This document shows positions 25,001 through 48,840 of a stretch of 64,000 bases of DNA, one piece after another. The notes under the pieces are model-generated. The model saw nothing but the letters and a program-made list of their open reading frames with translations, made no database searches and had not been told where the DNA came from. This DNA is from Klebsormidium nitens. Taxonomy: Eukaryota; Plantae; Klebsormidiophyceae. The stretch lies in assembly GCA_000708835.1 (NCBI GenBank), contig DF237044.1, forward strand, positions 1 through 64,000, read 5' to 3'. A program made the position numbers and the translations under genes. Each line of letters starts with the position of its first letter. Position 1 is the first letter of the stretch.

Positions 25001-26761
25001 TGCTTCCTTTATTCTCTGCAACTTTATCTGGGTAAGGGGAATCATACTTGCCAGAAAGTGCTCTAGAAACGTTTCATGCCCCTTTACCTAGACGAAAGGA
25101 TAAGTGCTCCAGGAAGCTTACCGGCAAGGAACAAAAACAACCAGACCACCCAGTTGAAAGGTCTCAAAAACAACCACTTGTTGGTCTTTTTGCCGCTTGC
25201 ATAGACCTGTAAGATGCATTTGATCAAGGATTAACCCCTTGTGGCAATTGGACATCAAGATGACTGAGGATTGTGTCCCCAGTTATTGATCCATCTCGGA
25301 AATAGGGTACAGCTGTAAGAGAGATTTGCGCATTGTCGTCCAATCCTAGCAAAAGAAGGTGAGCAGACTAAAGGAAGCGACCTGAAGTTTATCGAAAGAT
25401 GCAGAAGATCAACATCCAGTAGGTTCCAAGTTGACACTTTTGAGCCTGAAGTCATTGTAGTAAGGTACTTTCACAGATTTACCATGTACAAATTTCGAGG
25501 ATACACATGTGACGGTTTGCTTACCATCAGCCCCTGACCCGTGTGATAGTCTGGATATGCAAACCGAATTCCAGCTTCAACCCTCCTAAGCTGGATCTGC
25601 AACAGCACAGAGCTCAACCGCATGAGACCAGGGTCACGAGACTGGGGAAATACAAATACGCAATAAACTTTAAGCAAAGAACCCTAATCCTGTGGCTGTT
25701 GAAGGTCTCTTTTGATCACGCACGGACCCTTTGTTCGTGCTTTCAGACCATATTATTAGATATTAAATGGAAATCCTTAACTGAGTCTCAACATGCGCAA
25801 GAACCTCAAGAACAGTTTCGATGCACTTTTTCCACAGGCATCCTGTTCGATTGCACCTCTATGCTTGACCATCTAACCAGGAGAACTGCAGACGGAAGGC
25901 TGTTTGCAGCGAGCTTAACCTACCGTTATGCTGGCCGTTGCCATGTCACATATGCCGTTGGGGTCTGTCAGGTCTCTAAGCATAGCAGCATATGTCAGAC
26001 AAACAAGCCGGTAGTTGTTTGGCTTCCAGCCGACTATGCTGGCCGCCCTCTTGAACATTTCCGGAGAATAGCCTGCTTGATATGAAAAACACCAAAAATC
26101 AGATAAAGTTGTGATAAACGTGGGCTCCTTCAAGCCACCAAAGTGCTCTACAGAAGAATCTAGGCCGGTCAATGAGTTATAAATCAAGAACACTGTAACG
26201 TAATTGTAAAGAGACACAACCTGTGGCCTTGGTCCAACATCTAAGTCCGGCTTACTGTCCTTGAAGTGTGCATGTTGCAGCCACTGGTGTCATTCAGGCA
26301 ATCAATATTCAGACTTCTGCCATCTCAAAGTGGAAAGTTCTCGGGGACGCGAGCTTCTGGTCACAAGCGTCCTTTCAGGTAAGCATATCAAGTTGCTGAT
26401 GGTGCTTGGAAGGGGCTCAAGGCTCTCAAGCTAGCCAATGCAGATTACAAAGCCACCTGACCTTCTGATGTTCTGCCGTCAAAATTGACTTGATGCTGTC
26501 AATGGCTATGAACAAAAGGCCATGCAGGGGCTCAATCAATTAAACCTTTGCAGCACCTTTGCGCCATGGATGCTTACCTGAGAAATTTAAAGGGCTTGAG
26601 TTCCCCTCAATGCAGTGCACGTAGGGTGCGAAAGAGGCGGTGCACACTGTGTAGACCTCTCTTGCATAGATTGTTCCATTTGCACCAGGCAGCCTGGACT
26701 CTACTCCGGTCCAAAAGGATACACAAAGCAAACTTGCCAGCAGAACAGGCGCAAAAGCCAT
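22051..26761 (-). CDS. Ionotropic glutamate receptor-like ligand-gated channel lacking the amino-terminal domain (signal peptide-S1-M1-P-M3-S2-M4)
   Basis: Phase-consistent exons 26761-26578, 26072-25924, 25596-25525, 25206-25122, 24816-24703, 24200-24036, S2 exons (about 23.8-22.75 kb) and 22263-22051. Motifs: VCTASFAPYV, CDMATASIT, RFAYPDYHTGQGLMV, WLFLRPFNWVVW (M1), RIIIFVWAFLILLLVAMYTGNAAAILT (M3), SINDLQG and VSGLWIVLAATIAV (M4). Confidence 0.85.
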
Positions 26762-27485
26762 GATGCTGAAGGTTTTTGCGAGACAGTCCTTATTCTTGAC
26801 GATGGCAGCCCGCCCGCAACCAATCTAACCTGGCAGACCCGTCGCGTCACTGGACCCTGAATCTGCTAGACTTGAAGTAATGGCGCTTGGAGCCATCATC
26901 TTGTATTGCGCCTATCCAGCTTTTCATCCTTAGCAGCGCACCCCTGGCTAATCTGTCTTATCAGGCTGGAGGAGCTGGACATGCCGTGTCTATACACACA
27001 CAAAGTCACAAGCTACTTCAGTACTGAGTGGCATACCAATTGCGCTTGTATCTATGAATCACGTGGCTCATAAATTTAAGACAACCCAAGAATCAAGAAT
27101 CAGCTTGAGCAGTGATCATCGGCTGCATATCCTGCCCCCGCTGCTGCCTCATGCAGGTTGTGAGCTTCCGGAATCCGGATCCGATGCTGTTGATTTCATC
27201 TTTGTTGCTACGGCGCACTGCCTAGGTACCATGCCGCAATGCTCAGTCTGGCAGCTCAGCTCAGAGATGCACAAGACAGGCAGCTCAGCTCAGTCAGCTG
27301 GAGCTGTATACCTACCTACTGTTGTACAGAGGCTACCGGTATACCGTAAGTACCTGCCTACATAGGTAGAACGTCCTGGCCTTCTGCAGCAGTGCCCCGG
27401 CCCGTAAGCCGTAGCTAGGTACACAGGTCTCCATTTAATAGGTACATGTTGACTATAAGGGCATGTTGACGAAAGGGAAGCACCC

Positions 27486-27534
27486 GGGGGAAGGGTAGGG
27501 TTGGGTTGGGGGTTAGGGTGGGAACGGGTACGGG
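27486..27534 (+). other. G-rich tract with G-quadruplex potential
   Basis: gggggaagggtagggttgggttgggggttagggtgggaacgggtacggg contains nine runs of 3 or more G with 1-3 nt loops. Confidence 0.7.
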
Positions 27535-27649
27535 TGCGGAGAGTGTGTCATTCATCGGTTTAAGTTGTTAGGTTTGCTCAATGCCCCGAGCACTATCCTT
27601 GGTCATTATGCCCTTAGTCAACATGAAATCGAGAAGTACCGTATTTGAG

Positions 27650-27994
27650 GTACCGTACTACCAAGGTATGATTCCGAATAAATATTTGCATTCGGAAAGT
27701 TGGAAACTACAAATAAGCAGTCGGAATCTGCTTTTTCGAAAGGGGAAATTAATTGCTAAATCCTGTTCGGAAAGTGATGTCAATCAATCAATCAATTTAT
27801 TTTGTAAAAGCCCATATGAACTGAAGTATGTACCGGTAGCCCTTGAAAAGCCAGGAGATAAGGGTACCTGGGTACCTTTGAACCCATTCGGATCTACGGT
27901 CGGATTCCGGAAAATAAGACAAGATTTGGACTCGCATTCTGTAAAATAATTGCATATTTTGAGCATTCGGAATCATACCTTGGTAGTACGGTAC
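27650..27994. mobile_element. MITE-like element with a 30-bp perfect terminal inverted repeat
   Basis: GTACCGTACTACCAAGGTATGATTCCGAAT at 27650-27679 has its exact reverse complement at 27965-27994. The core is AT-rich and non-coding. TA dinucleotides in the ends are compatible with a Tc1/mariner-type TSD, but the exact boundary is ambiguous. Confidence 0.8.
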
Positions 27995-29014
27995 TACCTC
28001 CTGACCTACCTACCGTATGTACCTAGGCACCGTACTACGGTCTACCAGTACCTATACTGGCGGCACTTTGTACCACCGCGTGACATGACTCGATAAACCG
28101 TGTCTTGAACGATCATGCCACATGGCGGCAGCGACGGTACTCTGTAGTCCTACTCCCGGAGTCCCGGGCCCACCCGGGGTGCCCCTTCGCTGCCCGGCCG
28201 AGGAGACGTTCAGCTACGTGAGCACTGACCAGGGGCCAGCCGCCAGACTCCGAAACTCTCGGGTGCGGAGCGGGTAATTATTTGTGTTTAGGTTTTTAGT
28301 TTGATGTGCCCGGGTAACTCGTATCTTCGGTCATCGGTCACACGAGAGTTACCGGTATAGCCGCCAGGGTACCCGGCCCGGGGCAGGGCAGCTGGCCGAG
28401 TCGCTGCCCAGTGCGGACTCCCGCCGGACGGTTGCTTGTAAAGTTCCAAATTAATTGTGAATGTGTTCATTTGATGTACCGTACGGTCTCTAGTACTGCC
28501 GCGGTGCTGCATAGGTACTACGGTACCGGTAAGGTAGATACCGTAGGCGACAGAAATTTCATAGCTTATGGGCAATTGACTCTTGTCTTAGAGATCGGCT
28601 GCAAAATGGCTCGCTCTAGTTGGGTCGGATCCTGCACCACGATCGACGCGCTTGTGCCACGTAGGAAGGCACTTCTACAAGGTAAGGCGACGTGGCCGCT
28701 TAGAAGCGAAGGAATGCTCACCCCTCTCTGCAAGGCGGCAGCCACGTCGATTGCAAGCTCATAAGGTGCTGGAATGCCAAGTACCCAGATTGGTCGCAGT
28801 GTGAAACGATACGCAGTCCTGCAGGGAAAGTCCCAGGGTACTCCTTGAGCTCGCGCCAGGCTTGCTTCCTCTAGAAGACCTGCTGCAAGAACTTGTGCAG
28901 CTTGCTTCAGGACCAAGACTCAAGAGACAGTCTGTCCGGCTCCCGTCTCCTAAGTTGAATTTGCCAGGGGAAGCTGAGAAGCTGTCAGTGTTGTCAAGGG
29001 CGCAAGAACACTAA

Positions 29015-33108
<4,094 letters not shown>

Positions 33109-33977
33109 AAGAGTGTTCCGGAAGTTTCGAGTTGTACAGCGTAGGTAATGCTCAAGGATATTGTGGTTCTACCATGCTGAGAAAGCAAACACTATGCCAG
33201 CCATTCATTTGTCTAATTTTGAACGTTGATCTCTTGATGCCAGGCATCTAGAAGCAACAAACACTTGGCAGCATCTTGGAAAAGCGCTAATAGTATGTGT
33301 GCATGTGTTGCAATGGGGCTGCTGTTGTCAGGATTGATCAAATGATCTGGAGTTCAAACTGAGTGGAATCCTCCCAACACAAACGATCTTAGACATTGAA
33401 AGCTGACTTTTTGTTGTGAACGTACTGTCTCCGGCCTGGGGCTATTTTAGAATGTGTGCACATAAATGCGTCAACACTAGACAATTGCACTCAAGATAAT
33501 TTACAAGTGAACCGATTCCGACCATCGGACATACTGACGGCAATATCATGGCATGTACCTGCAGGCTAAAGAGGTGGTATGCATGGTAGATGCAAATTTG
33601 AATCAATCTGAACTCACGGTTGAGAACACATTTACGTCTGTTAGGAAACGTTCGCATGCGCGTCCATAATTATAGAACAATTCATTAACAATTCAGGCAA
33701 TCTAATGATTGCATGCGCCAACATGATAGTAGCACTCTAAAGTCCGCTGCATTAGTACATATACTATGATAGCTCACGTCAGCTGCAGCCCTGCATGCGC
33801 TTGGGTCATATACATACGTGTTGGCAAATGTGGCACGCATATCCATCAAATTAAACCTATACGTGCGCGCGGCATGAGTTCACTAAATGGTCGGTTGCTG
33901 TTGCGGCCGCACACTGCACGTTGACCCATGCGTCGCCTAGCATGACTTGCGATCAGTGATTAATACATGTTTTAAAA

Positions 33978-34011
33978 ACAGAGAATATATGCTGCAGCAT
34001 ATATTCTCTGT
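33978..34011. repeat. Perfect 34-bp palindrome between the convergent FtsH and CEP95-like genes
   Basis: acagagaatatatgctgcagcatatattctctgt equals its own reverse complement. Confidence 0.9.
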
Positions 34012-34358
34012 ATCATATATATGCTAGGCCTGACGGACGGTTTTTCATAAGTACTGGAATGCATGCATAAATGCGGAAGCGTTCACCTTGCATACTTTCA
34101 CACAAAAGCATCCCACTAGTTTGGCCAGCAAAAAATGCAACTGCCTTATATATCAAAAAAAAAGCTGGCAGGGCAAGCTGGCCAGTGCCAGATGATATGC
34201 TGAGGTAAAGCCATCTTGCAAGCCTTGCGCCTGTCACTGTCACGAGCTAACCAACCCAGGGTATCGATACAACTATTCATGAGGACTGGCCGTACGTGTT
34301 GTTTCACAACAACGAGGTAGGGACCATCGGCACGCACAGACTGGAACCTTATAGGTCC

Positions 34359-37300
34359 TTATCTCGCCTGCACAGCGAGCCGCTCCAACAGCATGGCCCG
34401 CTCTAGTTCCAAGCGCTCCCGCTCCTCCCGTGCCAGCTGACGCATCACCTGCAAACGGGTTCATATTGGATCTCTGTCTCTGTCTTTCAGAATTCCCGAC
34501 TCTGCTATCCTCTTCATACTTTTCCGTCATTGGGCTGTCCCTTCGTCGACCCGATGCAAAATTTGTAGTATAACATGAGTCGACCCCCTTCGTTCTTACT
34601 TACCTGCCTTCCTTCTTCACTCTCCGCTGTATCTACCTTAGCCTTGAAGAGCAGCCTGGGACTCCCGACTGACGTCAGCTGATCGCAACTTGATAAGGCT
34701 CGGTTTGCAAAAGTTGTAAATCAGATGAGGTCGTAGGTTCTCGGAGCTTCTATTTCTTGAGGACCTCTCATGCCTATCCGCTTACCTGCTCTTGTGCGCG
34801 CTCAATCTCCATCCGCTCGCGCCGCTTCGCCTGTATCTCCTCCTTGAGCAGAGCGCAGCGCGCCCGGATGTCCGCTTCCGCCCGTTCTTTGTCCGCGTTC
34901 CGGCTCCGCTGCTCCGCCGCCTTCCGCTCCCTCTCCTTCTTCCGCTGGGCAAGGATCGACTCTCGTTCCAAGGCAAGCGCTCGCTCCAGGCTGCGGAGCA
35001 CAAGTGCGCGAGTGTGAAAAGGAGGACGGAAGCGATGTGAAGGGGAAGGGCTGCGCAAATGTTTGTGGTTCTTTTTTCGAATAATCGAGAACTTCGAACG
35101 ACTCCGGAGTTCGGGGTAACGGGCACTCAGCCGACTCAAGCGCGCGCGTGACGTCAAAGGATTGCAAAGAAAGGTGCGAAGGGGTGCTGGAACCTTGTCC
35201 GCCTTCGCAGCGCCCTTGGCTAAGCGCTGCCAACTCTGACCCTTGCACGTCGGAAAAGCTCGAACCACGTATTATGGTGAGGACAGAACTCTCAAAGTGG
35301 CGCGAAATTCGAACAAAGCGTTTGTAAACGGGGTCTAAAACTCTTGAACAGCTTCGCAGGACGCAACGTCTCTGGTTGTACCATATTCCTGGGTAGAACG
35401 GATCTTGCAAACCGCCTTTCCACGGCGGCCACTATTCGCCCGCCTCGTCTATAATCTGAATGAAGCGCAGCTTAGGATCTTCCTCTCACCCCAACCTTGA
35501 CACTCCACGTTAATCGCCACTTGAGATTCTCAAAAGCGGGTCCAGATAAAAGTATTCACTCAGAATAGCCCCGAAATATCCACTCAAAGAAACCAGTTAC
35601 AGTATGCTCGGAGAATTCCCGGGCGATCGTCTCAAGAAACTCGGTAGCGCCTCGAGGAGCCGGTCCAGAGCGAGACGCCGGAGGCAGTATCCAACTAAAG
35701 TCGAAAACTACAATTTCAATTGTTTGACACTTTTCAGTGTTGGAGCACCACTCACACCCTGTTGCCGATGCTGCTCTCGACCTCGTTGACCTCTCTGACC
35801 GAGGCCACCTTCTAGACCGCGAAAAGACTCGGAACCTAGAAGCGCATTGTCAAGCAGTAGAAAACTGACACTCACAGCGTCTTGACCAGCCGCTCCTCGG
35901 CTTCGGCCTTCTTCACCGCGGCCGCCTTTTGATCCGCTTCCGCTTCCGCTCGGAAGCGTTCTGCGTGGATCTGCTGCAGCTTCCGCTGGTGCGCTTCGAG
36001 GCGGCCGCGCAACCGCGCGCGCGCCAGGCCGCGCATCTGCACCCGACACGTCGAAGGGTTCGACGGGGTTGGATATTGTGGTTGTTGAATACTTGTCGAC
36101 CGTGTTCCTCGGAACAAATTTACGGAGTTGCTCATTCTGGAAAAGCTCAACGCAAGAACGTGGCCTTTAGAGCGCCTTTATGCCGTCGTCCTGGACATCA
36201 CCTTCGACTTTCTACTCAATCTCTCCGTCCGGAAGACTGCAAATGCATCCGGGACGGAACCAATCCGCTTCGCTTCTGTTCTGGAGTAGGGCAAAAATGT
36301 CGGTAGAGGTTTTGTCTGTCGGAGAATCATGGTTGGCAACTGGAATCCGATGGGTCGGAAGAAGGTCCCCACCTTCGGCTGGCTCCTGGGCACAAGCCCT
36401 TCCGCCCACGCCTCCACGTGTCGCCACGTCGCTTCGTCGCTAACCTCCTCAGGTCTGCCCTCAACCTCCGACCCCTTCTTTAGCTCCTTCAGCCCCGCAA
36501 ACTTCTCCGCTAACCCTTTCCGCAACCCGGGGTTTAACGGCAAACCTTCCACCAGTACTTCTGTTTCCTCTCCATCGCTTTCCAACCGCCGGCCAACTAA
36601 AAGCTTCCGAAGTTCCGGATGATTGCGGAGCAGGGTTTGGAGGTTTGGGGTTTGCGCGCGGCCGCCGTCGAGCGTCGAGACCGGGCTTTGGATGACGTCG
36701 TTCAGCTGCTTGAGCGTCTCCTTCGAGAAGAGAGGGTTGGTTCCGCTGGACGTTGGGTTGGGTTCCGGCCGGACTCGGAGCGGGACCTGCTGCAGAGAAC
36801 GGAAAATGTTAAGTGATGGATGCGGACGAAATTCGACGCGGGATGTTGAAGAAAGCAGGTTGTTTCTTTGAAGAATGCTTGAAAGAAGTACGACCTTCTC
36901 AACTGAGGACTAGATCGGTTTTGTGAAGAAAGCCTGGCGATTGTACGACGTTCTCAACCAAGGACCGGAAAATCTTACAACGATACAGATTGAACCGGGC
37001 GTTTCAAAGTCAATCGGGCTCCACCGCCCAGCAAAGCCGCTCAGCACATCAAAGAGCGTAGAAGTACAGGGGACTTCATCAAAATTCTTGGTGAAGCTTG
37101 CGAGATCCAACAAAAGCTCTCCCCAAGCTCGATACTCTCATTCATTTTTGGCCGCTCGCTTGCATGGACCTTGTTCTACTCTGGACCAGGTAGCTCAACC
37201 TTCGCCAATCAGTAGCCCAATCAAGACTCTCGCCAAGCGCGGTCACCAACGCGGTCCATCGTCGCGGCTAAATCCGCAAAATTAGCTCGAAGCCCCCTCA

Positions 37301-39996
37301 GCAAAGCCAAAACCTTACCTGCCCTTTGGGCAAGAACGAATTGTACGCCTTTCGACACCTGACCATACCCGCCCCCGTCTGCGCCCCCACGCGCGGCCGC
37401 AGCGCTACCAACCGCGTCCTCCGTTTCCTCAACCTTTCATCCTCCTCTCTCCGCCAACTTCGGACGCCGGTTCCGCCAGCTGTCAGCGGAATCTTACGGA
37501 CGTCCGGGAGCGGGCGGAAGGGCCAGCGCACGGCGTATGCCCGCCGGCTTATGGACTGCAGCTGGTGGCGAAACGCGGTCTGCTTGCGCTCCCACTCGCG
37601 CTGCTCCTCGCGCGCGACGCGCGTCACCAGCGAAAGCACCTTGCTGACGTCGGCGCTGCGCGTGCTGACGTCACCGCTCTTCCTGCTGTCGCTCTCTTGA
37701 TCTCGACTGGTGTCGCATCTCGTAGGTTCGACCGAAGGGGGTTCGGCGGAAGAGTACGGGGGACACGTTGCTTGGAAGTGCTTGCTAGGGTGTGGCTGTA
37801 CACGACCCCGACTCATAAGGTCTGAGTGGATTCTAGCATATGAGCTTGGTCCTTGAATCGGGCACCGACTGCGTTTGCCAGGCTCAGAACTCGACGAAGA
37901 AGTGTCTGCAGAATCGGACCCTGTTTCCGCCCCATCTGAAGCTGGATGATGTACCGATTCTTCTTCTGAAGAGTCCGTATTCATCTCTTCCGAATTGAGT
38001 CTTGGCCCACGGTCCTTGCGTGTACTCGTATGCCGCCCTTTCTGAGGATCCGACGTGCTTTCTCTTTGTAGCTTCCGACCCGCATTTCTTCTCCACACAG
38101 CAGAAGCCTCAACCTGAGTACTGGAGTCAGACCCACTGCTTTCCGTTTCCCAGTGCTCAGACGCTTCTACCTCAGTGACCTGGCCAGAAGAAACTCTCGG
38201 CTCCTCTCCACCTCCCCTCTTCGACGAACGTGTACGGTATGATTCTCTTCCCATCCTGTCCACGCGGTCCCCTCTCGTCTGATACTTCTTCTTTTCGCCT
38301 GTTGCCTCGAGCCTTCGCTTAGGGATTGCTACGATAAGCTCCAAAAGACTAGCAATATGCTCTTGGTCTCCAAAAACGATCCTCTCTGCCTTGACATGCG
38401 ATAAGTCGAGCTCAAGAAACTTCGCCGCCTCTTGGATCTGCAAAACAGTTGGTGTTCGATCAGTGGAACTTCGAGAGTCTGCTCGGCAAAGAAACATAAG
38501 TTGCGAGTTTTGGCGTTTTGTGCATAAAGTCCTACGAAATCTGAAAACTCGATTTCAAGCCTAAGACAGATTTGTGACGCACCATCATGATATGTTGAAC
38601 ACAATCTTTGTCAGAAATGGTCTTGGCTTTCAGTTGTCTTAGAGTTGCATGTTCTGGAGAAAATACACTCTTTTGAACCGCTCGGTGGAGGGTAAACTTG
38701 TCGTCAGGTGTTTGATAAAGCGCGTCCCTTAACCAAGTTTCTTCACATAGTGCTCTGCATGTTTTGCGACTTCCCTTTGCTTGGTATATTCTCATTAGGG
38801 CTGTCCATGTGTATCGTAGTAGTTGATCGTTCGCCATCCTCCTGCCTCTTTCTAAGCAAGCAAGCCTGCCAATCACACTCTTCAGTTCTGTTCAAATCTT
38901 TCACCAATACAGTTGCGACCAACTCGATAACTTGCTTAATCAAGATTGTCAGTCACAAAGAGGAACACTTACCACACTGGCACAGTTTCCTACTCTATCC
39001 GCAGAGCTCTTTGGGGACTGCTGAAGGCCCGCTATTCTCAGCCCCGTTAGCTGCTCGAAGGCTGCCACAAACACAGAGGTACTGGAGCAGATTGCCACGA
39101 CGTCGTCCACAGTTTGGGCCTGCAGAAGTGGGAGCAGCTCACGGGATTGAATCGGAAAGCGCAGGTGTGTTGAATTGAGTCCATCAATGTTCCAGGGCAG
39201 GAGTATTGATTGTTGAGGTTTGGACAGTTCTCCTCTGGTCAGGACCATGTTGGCATTCAGCAACTTAGCTAGTTGGGGAAGGTGTGGACTTTGTGCGAGT
39301 CTGACTTATGGCAGTAAGCTGGAGGCCCCAATCTTTGGACAAGGGTCAGCGCCTGTATCTTCAAGAGAGTCCACTTGACCACATTGAAAAGATAGGGAAC
39401 TTCCAGCTCACTGCCCGGTTAATCAGGGGCTGCGAAAGTTAGGCCCCCAATCTACACCAGCTAATACTCGGCTTGGAATTTACCTTCATCAGCCCCTTGA
39501 TTCACCATTTGTCCGGCCAAACTCTCATTCATTTTGTTACAAAGACTTACAAGATCCCAGGTACTTATTTTGGAACAGAGCAAGCCATTTGCATTTATAT
39601 TTCGATGAATTGCAATCACCAACTAGATTGTGCCCAGCTGTATCTAGGTCCAAAACCTTCTTTCAAGTTTCCTGAATCATTCCCCGCCCATACGAGCTGA
39701 CATGCTGAAGCTGTGCAGATATATGTTCTTGAGTACAAGCTGCAATGCTCTACAGGATCTCCATTTTCCAGCTCTCTCGACAGCCTGTGGTTCAAAGGGA
39801 GGTTTGGCAAGTCAGCTTCGTCTGAGTTGCTTACGCCTCTGAGACGTGACACTCCTGATAAGCAATCAGTCGGGGGTTTGTTGCTCACCTTTGCAACCAA
39901 ACCCGCTGCGGCCATCATCATGTTGCACAATGCAACTAGTTCTGCGCCATCAAGAGTGCTGCCACCTCCCTCGAAGTATGCATGATGCTTCGCCAT
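34359..39996 (-). CDS. CEP95: CEP95-like centrosomal coiled-coil protein
   Basis: Exons 39996-39889, 39119-38973, a long exon from 38437, several middle exons and a last exon 34448-34359. The N-terminal region AELVALCNMMM...CSSTSVFVAAFEQLTG...LELDLSHVKAERIVFGDQEHIASLLEL resembles CEP95 [22 protein letters not shown]. The C-terminal coiled coil reads ALALERESILAQRKKERE...ERAQEQ|VMRQLAREER. Some middle junctions are unresolved. Confidence 0.7.
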
Positions 39997-40715
39997 TGTG
40001 GATATTCACAAAGAGAACGAGGCGCTCGAGCTAGCTCTATCTGGCGTTGTTCCTGCCGAACTGCATCTCTTGAGCTCAATCCCCCCTAACGAGTGCCTGC
40101 AACACAATTCTGCAATCACCACATTGTCAAAGGATGATTGGCTGCCTTCAGCTGCACATTTCTTACATATAAATGAGAGGCCGCAAAGCAGGTCCTACTC
40201 ATCCGCTCTGTCTTCTGAACACAGGCCGGTATAATTTTTGGAAATAACTTGCCGCGCTGCTTGTTCGTGAGCAATCTGCGAATGGATGACGAACCCTAAT
40301 CTGAGACACGTCCCTGCGCGCATGCGCTCGCGTAGACAGACCATGTTACGGGTCTTTCAGGTTGTGATGGCAATAGCTTATGGTCCTTGGAGTGATAACC
40401 GCAGATTCCTGTCATGATGATATGAGGGGCCTACCGACCTTCTGAAAGCTTTATTGCCGACAATAACTCGGTACTTTTGTATATTGACTTGAGAATGCGG
40501 ACTCGTATTTGTGCATCCCACTGTTCAATCGGCCCCGGTCTGAGTTTGAGAGCGAACGTAGGTACTGGTGACGAACCGTACGTATACGTACGTATCTCGG
40601 TACGTATCCATGGCAAACCATATACGGCGACCTCTTTCGAAAAATTCAACAGCAAATACTGAGTTCACTATTTCTTTGCCCTCTGGGCTATACCGAAAGA
40701 AACCATCCCTCTAAA

Positions 40716-41078
40716 ACCACCACCGGGGGTATAACTTGGGGCAAACCGGCTGTCATTCTCGCCAACGGCCACCGGAATTCAAATTTCGGTCCGAAGGCGC
40801 ATGCTTCCAAGTCATGGAAATTTGAGCTTATAAGTTCAAAAACTGAAGCATTACTCCACCGTTTTCGGCGGTCTTTCTTTCCATGGCTGAGTTTTAGTCG
40901 AGTATGTGAGGACAGGTCGAAACCACCGCTCAAAACGGAAAGAAACGGTCTGTTTTTGTGCTGGCGGACGACCTTCCTGTATGTGTTGCGCCCTGATGCG
41001 CCCGTCGCAATTTTCAAGTTGCGAAGTATGATTATGGCAAAGCTGGTAACCAGCACTATTTATACCCCCGGTGGTGGT
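40716..41078. mobile_element. MITE-like element with 19-bp TIR and TAAA target-site duplication, 219 bp upstream of the DAHPS start
   Basis: ACCACCACCGGGGGTATAA at 40716-40734 has its reverse complement at 41060-41078. TAAA lies at 40712-40715 and 41079-41082. Confidence 0.75.
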
Positions 41079-41296
41079 TAAAAGATATTTAGCAAAATCA
41101 GAATCTTCGCAGAGGCGACTCCGAAGGGCCAGCTTGAACTTGAAGTCGAAGGGGAAAATGAAGTGGTGCAATCCTGGAACTTGCAGGGCCGAACTGGAGA
41201 TTGAGGAGCATTCTGTTGTCTGTCTCCAAAGCTCAGCAGGTTTCCGCAAAGGTTGCAAGTACATTGGTTCTGGTCTCGTAGGAGCAGCTCCACACG

Positions 41297-48840
<7,544 letters not shown>

